A stretch of 32,000 nt of DNA from Brachyspira murdochii DSM 12563 (GTDB lineage Bacteria > Spirochaetota > Brachyspiria > Brachyspirales > Brachyspiraceae): positions 3,012,704-3,044,703 of the forward strand of contig NC_014150.1 of the NCBI RefSeq assembly GCF_000092845.1, given 5' to 3'. This document shows, in pieces, positions 24,005 through 32,000 of this stretch (the stretch's first letter is position 1; the number at the start of each line of letters is the position of its first letter). The notes beneath the pieces were generated by a model, which was given only the letters and a program-made list of their open reading frames with translations, had not been told where the DNA came from and searched no databases. A program made the translations under genes and the position numbers.

Positions 24005-25109
24005 ATGACATTATCTGAGATAAAAAATACGGTATCAAATATTAAGGAACAATCTGAAATATTAAGGGGGTATCTTTGACCCAGATTCTATTTATAAAAG
24101 AGTTAAAGAGATAGATGAAATATCAGCCAAAGATGATTTTTGGAACGATAATATAAAAGCTCAAAAATTGATGAAAGAAAGAATGCTTCTTCTTGATAAA
24201 ATAGAGCCTGTTGAAAATCTAATAAAAAACTCTAATAATATATATGAACTTGTAGAAATGGCTATAGAGTCTAATGATATAGAAATGGAAAAAGAGCTTG
24301 AGGGCGAATGTATAGAGCTTCAGCGTGTTTTTGATGAACTTGAAACTAAAAATCTATTTTCCGGAGAATTTGACAGTAAGAATGCATATTTAACTTTGAA
24401 TGCAGGTGCTGGAGGTACAGAAAGCTGCGATTGGGCTTCTATGCTTTCAAGAATGTACGTACGCTTTTGCGAAAGACATGGCTTTACTGTTGAAATTACT
24501 GATGAACTTCCAGGTGATGAGGCTGGAATAAAACAGATAAGTTTTTATGTTCAAGGGCTTTATGCTTATGGTTATCTGCGTTCTGAAATAGGTGTTCATA
24601 GACTTGTAAGAATATCTCCCTTTGATGCTAATGCAAAAAGGCATACATCTTTTGTTGCAGTTAGTGTTATGCCGGATATAGATGAGGATATTGAAGTAGA
24701 AATAAATCCTTCTGATTTGAGAGTAGATACATACAGAGCTTCCGGAGCGGGCGGACAGCATGTTAATAAAACTTCATCAGCTATAAGAATTACGCACATA
24801 CCTACTAATATAGTTGTTCAGTGTCAGGCAGAAAGAAGTCAGCATAATAATAAAGATATGGCTATGAAAATGCTTAAAGCAAAACTTTATCAGCTTGAAA
24901 AAGATAAACTTGATAAAGAAAAACAAAAAATAGCTGGAGAAAAAACTGATATAGCTTGGGGAAATCAAATCAGAAGTTATGTTTTTCAGCCTTATCAGAT
25001 GGTCAAAGATTTAAGAACAGGACATGAAACTGGAAATATGAACTCTGTTATGGACGGTAATATTGATGAGTTTATATCAGCATATCTTAAACAGCAAATA
25101 AAAAAATAA
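24005..25109 (+). CDS. prfB: Peptide chain release factor 2, made by a programmed +1 frameshift (24005..24076 joined to 24078..25109).
   Basis: Frame 0 reads MTLSEIKNTVSNIKEQSEILRGYL then TGA. The +1 frame continues DPDSIYKRVKEIDEISAKDDFWNDN... SPF and GGQ motifs are present. The total length is 367 aa. Confidence 0.95.
24065..24080 (+). promoter_or_regulatory. prfB autoregulatory +1 frameshift site.
   Basis: The sequence AGG GGG TAT CTT TGA C contains an internal SD-like AGGGGG, a slippery CTT and TGA followed by C. It is identical to the classical E. coli site. Confidence 0.9.
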
Positions 25110-25254
25110 TAGTTTTTGTATAATTAAAAATAGCAATATAATATATCATTGCTAAATAATCAAAAAAACTTTATGTTTTGTATAGTTTTGATAAAATAAA
25201 TTTTACTATTTATCATACAAATAAAACTTTTATTAAATAATATTATGTTAATTA

Positions 25255-25283
25255 TTGACATTTTTAGACATAAATTGTATAGT
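25255..25283 (+). promoter_or_regulatory. Near-consensus sigma-70 promoter for the first OMP-like gene.
   Basis: TTGACA (25255-25260) is separated by 17 nt from TATAGT (25278-25283). Confidence 0.5.
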
Positions 25284-25310
25284 GTAGATAAATAAAACAT
25301 GGAGAATATT

Positions 25311-25883
25311 ATGTTAAAAAAGATTACGTTAGTAGCAGCTATGATATTAGTTTTAGCTGCTGCCATGCCGAAAAAGGCAGAGGCTGCTTATTCTGACGGT
25401 GCGGCAATAGGAGCTTCATTATTTTTTGGATATCCAAATCAAGGTTTAACTTTAGTAGGACAATTTAAAGGTGTACCTTTGATGTTTGGTGTTCAAGCTG
25501 TAGCAAATTTATTTAATAATGGTTATCAATATTTTGGTATTGGTTTGACTATGGATTGGTGGGGATTAAAAATACCTTTAGGAAGAGCAGGAGAGTCTGA
25601 TGTTCATTTTTATTTAGGACCTGGACTTGCTGCTGATGCTACTTTTGGTTCATCTTATTGGTCAATTAATGCCGGATTAAGAATGCCTATAGGTTTCTCT
25701 TTCTTAATCAAACAAAAATGGGAAATTTTCTTAGAACCTGCTCCGGTTGTTAACGTTTTACATGCTGATAGTGACGGTGTATCTTTGTTAGGTATATATC
25801 TTGGAGATAGAAATGGAAATCGTTGGAACTTAGGACATTTCTTACATTTATCATTCCAGTTTGGATTTAGATATTGGTTCTAA
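25311..25883 (+). CDS. Small secreted beta-barrel-like (outer-membrane-type) protein, paralog 1.
   Basis: The ATG at 25311 follows GGAGA. A signal peptide ends in AEA-A. Alternating hydrophobic and Gly-rich strands are present. The C-terminus FGFRYWF ends in an aromatic residue, as in OMP sorting signals. Confidence 0.65.
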   Translation: MLKKITLVAAMILVLAAAMPKKAEAAYSDGAAIGASLFFGYPNQGLTLVGQFKGVPLMFGVQAVANLFNNGYQYFGIGLTMDWWGLKIPLGRAGESDVHFYLGPGLAADATFGSSYWSINAGLRMPIGFSFLIKQKWEIFLEPAPVVNVLHADSDGVSLLGIYLGDRNGNRWNLGHFLHLSFQFGFRYWF

Positions 25884-25908
25884 TATAAAAAATATCATTG
25901 AAATAACT

Positions 25909-25946
25909 AGCCTCGCTTTTTATTTAAGCGGGGCTTTATTTTTTAT
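25909..25946 (+). terminator. Rho-independent terminator after paralog 1.
   Basis: AGCCTCGC (25909-25916) pairs with GCGGGGCT (25928-25935) with one G-U pair. TTATTTTTT follows. Confidence 0.7.
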
Positions 25947-26028
25947 AAAGATAATATATTTACTTTTCGATATTATTTTCTATATTTATTAAAAATAATA
26001 ATTAAATACTAATTTGGATTTTTATACT

Positions 26029-26601
26029 ATGTTTAGAAAAACGGTAGTTTATGCTTTTATAATAATTTCTTTTTGTTCTATTTTTTCATTATCATCAAAA
26101 TTATATGCCGATTATCCAGACGGAAGCAGTGCTGGTTTTTTTCTTAGATTTAGTTTTCCAAGTCAGGTATCTTTAGGGGTAACAGGAAAATTTGATGTTG
26201 TTCCTTTTATGTTCAGCGGTATATTTAATGTTGGCATATCTTCTAAAGGCTGGGCATGGATGGGCTTAAGTGCCAGTGCAGATTGGTGGGGATTAAAGTA
26301 TAGACTTGGAGAGGCTGGTAAATCAGATGCTTGGCTTTATTTTGGGGCTGGTGCTGAGGCTGTTGCAGAGTTTGGTAACAATTATTGGAATATAGGTTTA
26401 GGTGTAAGAGTTCCGCTTGGTGTTTCTTTTATAGTAGACAGAGATTGGGAAATATTTTTGCAGATTGCTCCGGGACTTAATGTAATAGCTGTAGGAAGTG
26501 AGGGATTTGGTACTTTCGGCTGGTATCCTAGTCATACAGGCTGGACTTTTGCAAAATTTTTTAGATTTTCAGGTGATTTTGGATTTAGATACTGGTTTTA
26601 A
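26029..26601 (+). CDS. Small secreted beta-barrel-like protein, paralog 2.
   Basis: The ATG at 26029 (MFRKTVVYAF...) opens a signal peptide. The protein shares DWWGLK, LGxAGxSD, YW.I..G.R.P.G.SF, WEIFL and the identical C-terminus FGFRYWF with paralog 1. Confidence 0.65.
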   Translation: MFRKTVVYAFIIISFCSIFSLSSKLYADYPDGSSAGFFLRFSFPSQVSLGVTGKFDVVPFMFSGIFNVGISSKGWAWMGLSASADWWGLKYRLGEAGKSDAWLYFGAGAEAVAEFGNNYWNIGLGVRVPLGVSFIVDRDWEIFLQIAPGLNVIAVGSEGFGTFGWYPSHTGWTFAKFFRFSGDFGFRYWF

Positions 26602-26606
26602 ATAAT

Positions 26607-27887
26607 TTAATCCATTTTCTGACTTTCTAATAATTTTTTTATCTCTTCATTTGCTGAGTTATTTATTAAGTTTATAGCATTATTATCTATAGAGGCATTA
26701 TTTATTATAAGTGTTCTGCACATTTCATAATTATTATTTTCTATTGCAATGCATAACGGAGTATATCCTTTTACTTCATCTTTTATATCAGCATATGCAC
26801 CATTTGATAATAATTTTTTTACAGCATATATGTTATTATTTTTCACTGCCATATGAATAGGAGCATATCCTTTATAGATATTATTTAATTCTGACTTTGC
26901 ATTTATTAGTATATTCATAGCTTCAGTATAGTTATTTTCAGCTGCAATATTTATAGGCATTGCATTATCATTGTTTAATATATTAAGATTGGCATTGTAT
27001 TTTATAAGCAAGTTCATAACATTTATATATTCTTTTGATTTGCTTAAATTTATTACAGCTAAATGCATAGCCGTATTTCCATTTTTATCTTGTATATTAG
27101 GGTCAGCATTTTTTGATAGTAAAAGATTTACACTTTCAATCAGTTTATTAGAATCATTTTCTATTATGTATTGCAAAGGTGTTTTAAAATTTGCATTTGT
27201 ATTATTAACATCAGCACCTAATTCTATCAATTCACTTGCTGCCTGAATAGAACCATAACCTACAGCATAATGAAGCATTGTATTTGTATCTTTTGTGTCT
27301 ACATCTATACCCAAAGTTTTTACCAAATAATTTATATTTTGAGCATTATTACCAATAGAAGCAGATTTTATCAATGATATAACATCTTCACTGTTCATAA
27401 GAAGATATATATTTTTATTTAAATAAAGCTCTAATATTTTTGGGTTTGCATATTCTGAAGCTATAAACTCACTTCTTGGTTTTTCTTTCATTTGAAAATT
27501 AATATTTGCTCCAGAATCTATTAATAATTTTACACTTTCAAAGTTATTATTAATAGCAGCAATGTCCATAGCAGAGCAGTATGAAACATTTATATTTTTA
27601 TTATTATTTGTGATATTTGTATTTTTGTCTAAAAGCAGGTTTAAATCAGTGTATGGAGAGTTTTTTAATGCGTTTATAGAGGAAGTTTGATTATTTTCTG
27701 CTGCTATATGCAGTAAAGGGTATCCTCTTTCATCTTTAGTATTGGGGCTTACATTTTGTGATAATAATGTTTGTATAGTTCTTACATCTCCTATTTTTAC
27801 AGCATTTATCATTTTGTTTTCATTTTCAGTTACAGCGTATAGATTTATTAAGTTTATAAACATAAGAGATATTATAATTTTTTTCAT
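26607..27887 (-). CDS. Secreted ankyrin-repeat protein.
   Basis: A signal peptide (MKKIIISLMFINLINLYAV) is present. There are many ANK units (G.T.LH.A...N......LL..GA..N). Confidence 0.9.
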   Translation of the reverse strand: MKKIIISLMFINLINLYAVTENENKMINAVKIGDVRTIQTLLSQNVSPNTKDERGYPLLHIAAENNQTSSINALKNSPYTDLNLLLDKNTNITNNNKNINVSYCSAMDIAAINNNFESVKLLIDSGANINFQMKEKPRSEFIASEYANPKILELYLNKNIYLLMNSEDVISLIKSASIGNNAQNINYLVKTLGIDVDTKDTNTMLHYAVGYGSIQAASELIELGADVNNTNANFKTPLQYIIENDSNKLIESVNLLLSKNADPNIQDKNGNTAMHLAVINLSKSKEYINVMNLLIKYNANLNILNNDNAMPINIAAENNYTEAMNILINAKSELNNIYKGYAPIHMAVKNNNIYAVKKLLSNGAYADIKDEVKGYTPLCIAIENNNYEMCRTLIINNASIDNNAINLINNSANEEIKKLLESQKMD

Positions 27888-28010
27888 TATTAAGTCCTAT
27901 TAATAATATTATGTATACTAATACTATATAATAATCGTTTTTCTATTGATTTTTATTATAATTTTTTTGTGATATTTATTTTAATTTATATAAATATAAG
28001 AATAAAAATA

Positions 28011-28039
28011 TTGAAAAATAGGAAAATATAATATATACT
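28011..28039 (+). promoter_or_regulatory. Candidate sigma-70 promoter for the HD-pncA-ogt-GNAT cluster.
   Basis: TTGAAA (28011-28016) is separated by 17 nt from TATACT (28034-28039). GGAGG precedes the ATG at 28065. Confidence 0.4.
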
Positions 28040-28064
28040 TATGATAATCTTTGGAGGTTTTTAA

Positions 28065-28637
28065 ATGGCCAGTATAGAAAGAGAAAAAGCAGTAGAATTA
28101 TTTAAAAAATACAATGAAGAGCAGTCCTTATTTAAACATGCTTTATCTGTAGAAGCAGTGATGAGATATTTTGCTAAAAAGTACGGCGAAGATGAAGATG
28201 AATGGGGTATGGTTGGTTTTTTGCATGATATGGACTATGAGAAATACCCAGATGAGCATTGTATAAAAGTTAAAGAGATACTTGAAGAAGAAGGACTTCC
28301 AAGCAGTTTTATACGTGCTATTCAAAGTCATGGTTATGGACTTTGTACTGATATTGAGCCTTTAAGCAATATGGAGAAAACATTATATGCTGTTGATGAG
28401 CTTGCAGGGTTTATTACAGCATGTGCTTTAGTAAGACCTTCAAAGAGTTTGGACGATATGGAAGTAAAATCAGTAAAGAAGAAATTAAAAGATAAAGCAT
28501 TTGCAGCTAAAGTTGATAGAACAGTAATAAATAATGGTGCTGATATGTTAGGAGTTTCTATTGATGAACTTATTAAAGAAACTATAGAGGCACTTGTACC
28601 TATACAGGAAAGTATAGGGCTTAAGAAAATTTCCTAA
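28065..28637 (+). CDS. HD-domain metal-dependent phosphohydrolase.
   Basis: The 190-aa protein has H..(A)LSVEA followed by the FLHDMDY (HD) motif and a later H in QSHGYG. Confidence 0.8.
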   Translation: MASIEREKAVELFKKYNEEQSLFKHALSVEAVMRYFAKKYGEDEDEWGMVGFLHDMDYEKYPDEHCIKVKEILEEEGLPSSFIRAIQSHGYGLCTDIEPLSNMEKTLYAVDELAGFITACALVRPSKSLDDMEVKSVKKKLKDKAFAAKVDRTVINNGADMLGVSIDELIKETIEALVPIQESIGLKKIS

Positions 28638-28654
28638 ATTACGGATTTTGTGCT

Positions 28655-29296
28655 ATGAGTAAAATAAAGATATTAACAATAGTAGACATGCAAAATGATT
28701 ATATGGAAGGCGGTCCTATGGCAGTAAAAGGTGCTGTAAAACTTGTACCTGTAATCAATGATCTTATAAAAAATGGGGAATATGATGCTATAATTGCCAC
28801 ACAGGATTGGCATCCTTCCAATCATATATCATTTGCTTCTACTCATGAAAAAGAGCCTTTTTCAAAAATAAAAGTAATAGATCAGGATACAGGAGATGAA
28901 GAGATATTAACTCTTTGGCCTCGTCATTGTGTTGCAAGAACTTACGGTTCGGCTATAGTTGACGGTCTTAGAAAGAAGAGAGACTACATATATGTTCAAA
29001 AGGGGGTTGACCCTGATGATGAGGGTAACTCTGGATTTTCTTATATGCATAAAGAGTTTATCGATGCGGCAAGAGAAAATAAAGAAACGCTGATACTTGA
29101 TTTTGTAGGTGTTGCTTTGGATTACTGCGTATTTTATACAGCAAGAGATACTGCAGAATATGTAGCTTCTATTGATGCCGAGTATTTAGTCAGCGTTAAT
29201 GTACTTGAATATGCATCGGCTGCTGTTAATCCTGACGTGATAGAAGGGCTTTATTCATCATGCCCTCTTATTAATCTTAAAAAGGTTAGACTGTGA
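28655..29296 (+). CDS. pncA: Nicotinamidase/pyrazinamidase (isochorismatase family).
   Basis: IVDMQNDYMEGG, QDWHPSNHISF and the catalytic-Cys context GVALDYCV are present. Confidence 0.85.
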   Translation: MSKIKILTIVDMQNDYMEGGPMAVKGAVKLVPVINDLIKNGEYDAIIATQDWHPSNHISFASTHEKEPFSKIKVIDQDTGDEEILTLWPRHCVARTYGSAIVDGLRKKRDYIYVQKGVDPDDEGNSGFSYMHKEFIDAARENKETLILDFVGVALDYCVFYTARDTAEYVASIDAEYLVSVNVLEYASAAVNPDVIEGLYSSCPLINLKKVRL

Positions 29297-29826
29297 ATAT
29301 TATTAGGCTTGATAAAAAAGAAGATTCTAAAAAAGCCTATATTTATAAAAGTCCTATAGGGGATTTAATAATTACTTCTGATGATGACTGTCAATATATT
29401 ACTTCATTAACATTCGATTTAAATGATAATCAAACTATTATAAAAGATGAAGAACCTGCCATTATAAAAAGAGTAAAAAAAGAACTTGATAATTACTTTA
29501 CTAAAAATAGCAGAACATTTACTATAGATTTAGGAGTGTATGGTACTGATTTTCAATATAATGTTTGGATTGAAACTTCAAAAATACCTTTCGGAAAAGT
29601 TTTGACATATTCTGATATAGCAAAAAACATTTCAGATAAAAAGGGAAGCATATCAAGGGCTGTAGGCACAGCCGAAGGAAAAAATAGTATAGCTATTATA
29701 ATACCTTGTCATAGAGTTGTAGGTTCTAATAGAAAATTAACTGGTTATGCCGGAGGATTAGATAAAAAAGAATATCTGCTTTCTCATGAGGGATTTAATA
29801 TAGTGGGGTTTAAGATTATTCCTTAA
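29293..29826 (+). CDS. ogt: Methylated-DNA-protein-cysteine methyltransferase.
   Basis: The IPCHRVV active site is present. The GTG start overlaps the pncA stop as GTGA. Confidence 0.9.
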   Translation: MNIIRLDKKEDSKKAYIYKSPIGDLIITSDDDCQYITSLTFDLNDNQTIIKDEEPAIIKRVKKELDNYFTKNSRTFTIDLGVYGTDFQYNVWIETSKIPFGKVLTYSDIAKNISDKKGSISRAVGTAEGKNSIAIIIPCHRVVGSNRKLTGYAGGLDKKEYLLSHEGFNIVGFKIIP

Positions 29827-29866
29827 TTATTATTTATATTATTTATAAAAGAGGTTGTTTTTTTTA

Positions 29867-30421
29867 ATGCTTAAAAAGACTTATAAAACCAGCAGGCTTT
29901 TTTTAGTTCAGCCAAATATAAATATGGCAGAGAGTATAACCGATTTCTACAGCAGAAACAGAGATTTTTTTGAAAAATTTGACCCTCAAAGACCAGAAGT
30001 TTTCTATAAAATTAATACTCATAAAAATATTATAAAAAGAGAACTTGAAGAAATTAGAGCAGGAAGAATGCTTAAATTTTGGATTTACAAAATAGAAGAT
30101 AAAAAAAGAATTATAGGAATGATTAATTTTACTAATATATTTATGGGCACTTTCTTATCATCTACTGTGGGTTATAAATTAGATGAGTTTGAACAGCATA
30201 AAGGTTATATGACAGAAGCTTTAAAATCAGCAGTAATAATAGTTTTTAAAGAGTTGAAACTTCATAGAGTGGAAGCCAATATTATGCCTCATAATAAACC
30301 TTCATTAGAATTGGCAAAAAGATTGGGGTTTGAATACGAAGGACTTGCAAAAAAATATTTAAAGATTAATGGCAAATGGGAAGACCATGTTCATATGACT
30401 ATAATAAATGATGAGGTATAA
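29867..30421 (+). CDS. GNAT N-acetyltransferase, RimJ/RimL-like.
   Basis: HKGYMTEALKSAVIIVFKELKLHRVEANIMPHNKPSLELAKRLGFEYEG is the typical RimJ-type acetyl-CoA-binding core. The ATG at 29867 follows AAGAGG. The track's TTG at 29855 is less likely. Confidence 0.8.
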   Translation: MLKKTYKTSRLFLVQPNINMAESITDFYSRNRDFFEKFDPQRPEVFYKINTHKNIIKRELEEIRAGRMLKFWIYKIEDKKRIIGMINFTNIFMGTFLSSTVGYKLDEFEQHKGYMTEALKSAVIIVFKELKLHRVEANIMPHNKPSLELAKRLGFEYEGLAKKYLKINGKWEDHVHMTIINDEV

Positions 30422-31002
30422 TATATTTATAAGTTACTGTCTTATTATATATAATTAAGTCTTTTGCATATATTTGCAATATAAATAAAATTAAGTGTCG
30501 GGGAGTTATATATTATACTTTACTTACTGTAATATTTTTTATTCTTTTAGCAATTATAGTATATATTAGAGCAGATATCAATCTCTGATTATTATGAAAA
30601 TGTGTGTATTCTTTTTATTTTTGTTTTAGGATTTCTACACCTCTGTATTCTTTATCATAAAGATTAATAATTAAATTAATGACTTCCTCATTATTAAAAT
30701 ATTAGGTGAAGTTTTCGGTTTAGTTGTTAAATTAGAAATAGTTACAGTAGTTTGATATTTGCTGTACAAATTATAAAAAGTAGATATAGAATATTTTTAG
30801 TTTTTAATGTTTACTGAACTATAAATAATTTTAATTCTGTAGTATATGGTTTGTTCATTTTTATGTCAAAAATATTAGTATACTGCTTTTTTAAACTAAA
30901 AAATGTACAAAACTCACACTCCTAAATAATAAATAAAATTAAGTATATTGATTTTTATAAAAAATATTATAAAATCTTTCAAATTAAAATTTAGGAGATA
31001 TT

Positions 31003-32000
31003 ATGAGAGCAGCACAGATTGACAGATATTCAAAAGATATTGATATAAAGATTAGAGATATACAAATACCAGAAATCACCGATGATGAAGTATTGGTTAA
31101 TATAAAGGCAGCAGCAGTAAATCCGCTTGAAATATTAATATTAACAGGCAGTGTAAGACTTATACAGGATTATAAAATGCCTCTCACATTAGGAAATGAG
31201 TTTTCTGGTGTAGTTGAAAAGATAGGTAAAAATGTAAAAGATTTTAATGTAGGCGATAAAGTTTATACGCGTATGCCTATACAAAAAATAGGTGCTTTTG
31301 CTGATTATGCGGCAGTAGATAGTAAGTTTTTAGCTCCTATGCCTAATAATTGCAGTTTTATTGAAGCGGCAGCAATACCTCTTACAGCACTTACAGCGTA
31401 TCAGGCACTTAAAGAAGAATTAGAAGCCAAAACTGGCGATACTGTTTTAATAACAGGAGGTTCTGGAAGTTTTGGGGAAACGGCAGTTCCTATTTTTAAA
31501 TATTTCGGTCTTAATGTTATTGTTTCTGGTAATGAGAGATCAAAAGAGCATTTTATAAGTTTGGGTGCTGATAAATATATTGATTATCGTAAAGAAAATT
31601 ATTGGGATTTAGTTTCAGAAGCTGATTATGTTATCGATACACTTGGTGCAAAAGAGTTTGATAAAGAGTTATCAGTGTTGAAAAAAGGCGGGCGTATTTT
31701 GAGTTTGAGAACAAGTCCTAATAAAAAATTTGCTCAAGTTAATCAATTTCCTTTCTTAAAAAGAACTTTATTTTCTTTGGCAGGCTCTAAATATGATAAA
31801 AAAGCTATGAAAGAAGGAAAAGAGTATAGATTTATGTTTGTAAGAGCTGATGGAAAACAGCTTAAAGAGATTACAAAAATAGTAGAAGAGAAAAATATAA
31901 AGCCTAAAATATTTTCTAAAGTATTTAATATTGAAGATACAAAAGAAGCTATTGAAACTATGGCTAAAGGCGGTATAGAAGGTAAGATAATCATATCTAT
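31003..32000 (+). CDS. Medium-chain dehydrogenase/reductase (NADPH:quinone oxidoreductase-like). The 3' end lies outside the window.
   Basis: This gene is not in the ORF track. AGGAG (30993-30997) precedes the ATG at 31003. The frame stays open to nt 32000: MRAAQIDRYSKD...VLVNIKAAAVNPLE...GNEFSGVV..VGDKVY...VLITGGSGSFG (nucleotide-binding)... Confidence 0.85.
   Translation, partial: MRAAQIDRYSKDIDIKIRDIQIPEITDDEVLVNIKAAAVNPLEILILTGSVRLIQDYKMPLTLGNEFSGVVEKIGKNVKDFNVGDKVYTRMPIQKIGAFADYAAVDSKFLAPMPNNCSFIEAAAIPLTALTAYQALKEELEAKTGDTVLITGGSGSFGETAVPIFKYFGLNVIVSGNERSKEHFISLGADKYIDYRKENYWDLVSEADYVIDTLGAKEFDKELSVLKKGGRILSLRTSPNKKFAQVNQFPFLKRTLFSLAGSKYDKKAMKEGKEYRFMFVRADGKQLKEITKIVEEKNIKPKIFSKVFNIEDTKEAIETMAKGGIEGKIIIS

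Noticed and set aside
24447-24968. Three minus-strand ORFs inside prfB.
   Set aside because: They are antisense to RF2, whose SPF and GGQ motifs fix the true frame.
25160-25366. A 68-aa minus-strand ORF across the promoter and start of the first OMP-like gene.
   Set aside because: It overlaps a near-consensus promoter and the signal-peptide coding region of the opposite-strand gene. It shows no coding features.
31743-31994. An 83-aa minus-strand ORF.
   Set aside because: It is antisense to the unlisted but well-supported MDR oxidoreductase CDS starting at 31003.
1-32000. A window-wide search for CRISPR arrays, tRNA, rRNA or tmRNA genes, transposases, integrases, toxin-antitoxin pairs or recognisable defence-system genes.
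   Set aside because: I saw no regularly spaced direct repeats, no GC-rich structured RNA-like islands and no ORFs with transposase, integrase, nuclease or ATPase defence signatures. The window looks like core chromosome.

Overview
This is a strongly AT-rich bacterial chromosomal segment with about 30 densely packed genes. I saw no rRNA, tRNA, CRISPR array or recognisable IS or prophage genes. The composition, signal-peptide ankyrin and TPR proteins and overall gene content suggest an intestinal spirochaete such as Brachyspira, but that is inference only. All calls rest on reading motifs in the supplied translations and DNA; no homology search was possible.

Gene content, left to right:
- The 3' part of a putative selenium-dependent molybdenum hydroxylase locus (YgfK-like Fe-S flavoprotein, fused 2Fe-2S/Mo-pterin XdhD-like hydroxylase, YqeB-family accessory protein).
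- A minus-strand block: a small membrane protein, Nnr, and a large repeat-bearing membrane protein with HU-like and LysM-like ends.
- trxA, divergent from a MarR regulator plus YczE-like membrane protein pair.
- fabG-acpP-fabF.
- A phosphohexomutase with a Lys-rich tail, a dual cNMP-binding-domain protein, and tag.
- A divergent sigma-70-like protein with a possible partner, a DUF721/DciA-like protein, a TPR protein and an unknown protein.
- A CyuA/YhaM-type cysteine desulfidase gene split by a one-base G7 homopolymer frameshift.
- A divergent galactokinase-family kinase.
- prfB with the canonical programmed +1 frameshift site.
- Two paralogous small beta-barrel-like secreted proteins and a secreted ankyrin-repeat protein.
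- An HD hydrolase-pncA-ogt-GNAT cluster.
- A 3'-truncated MDR quinone oxidoreductase gene that is absent from the ORF track.

Most worth follow-up:
- The homopolymer-interrupted cysteine desulfidase, as a candidate phase-variable locus.
- The uncharacterised sigma-like module and its operon neighbours.
- The HU-like/acidic-repeat/TM/LysM-like protein.
- The paralogous OMP-like pair.
- The selenium-dependent hydroxylase locus.
- Two unusually long ORF-free spacers.
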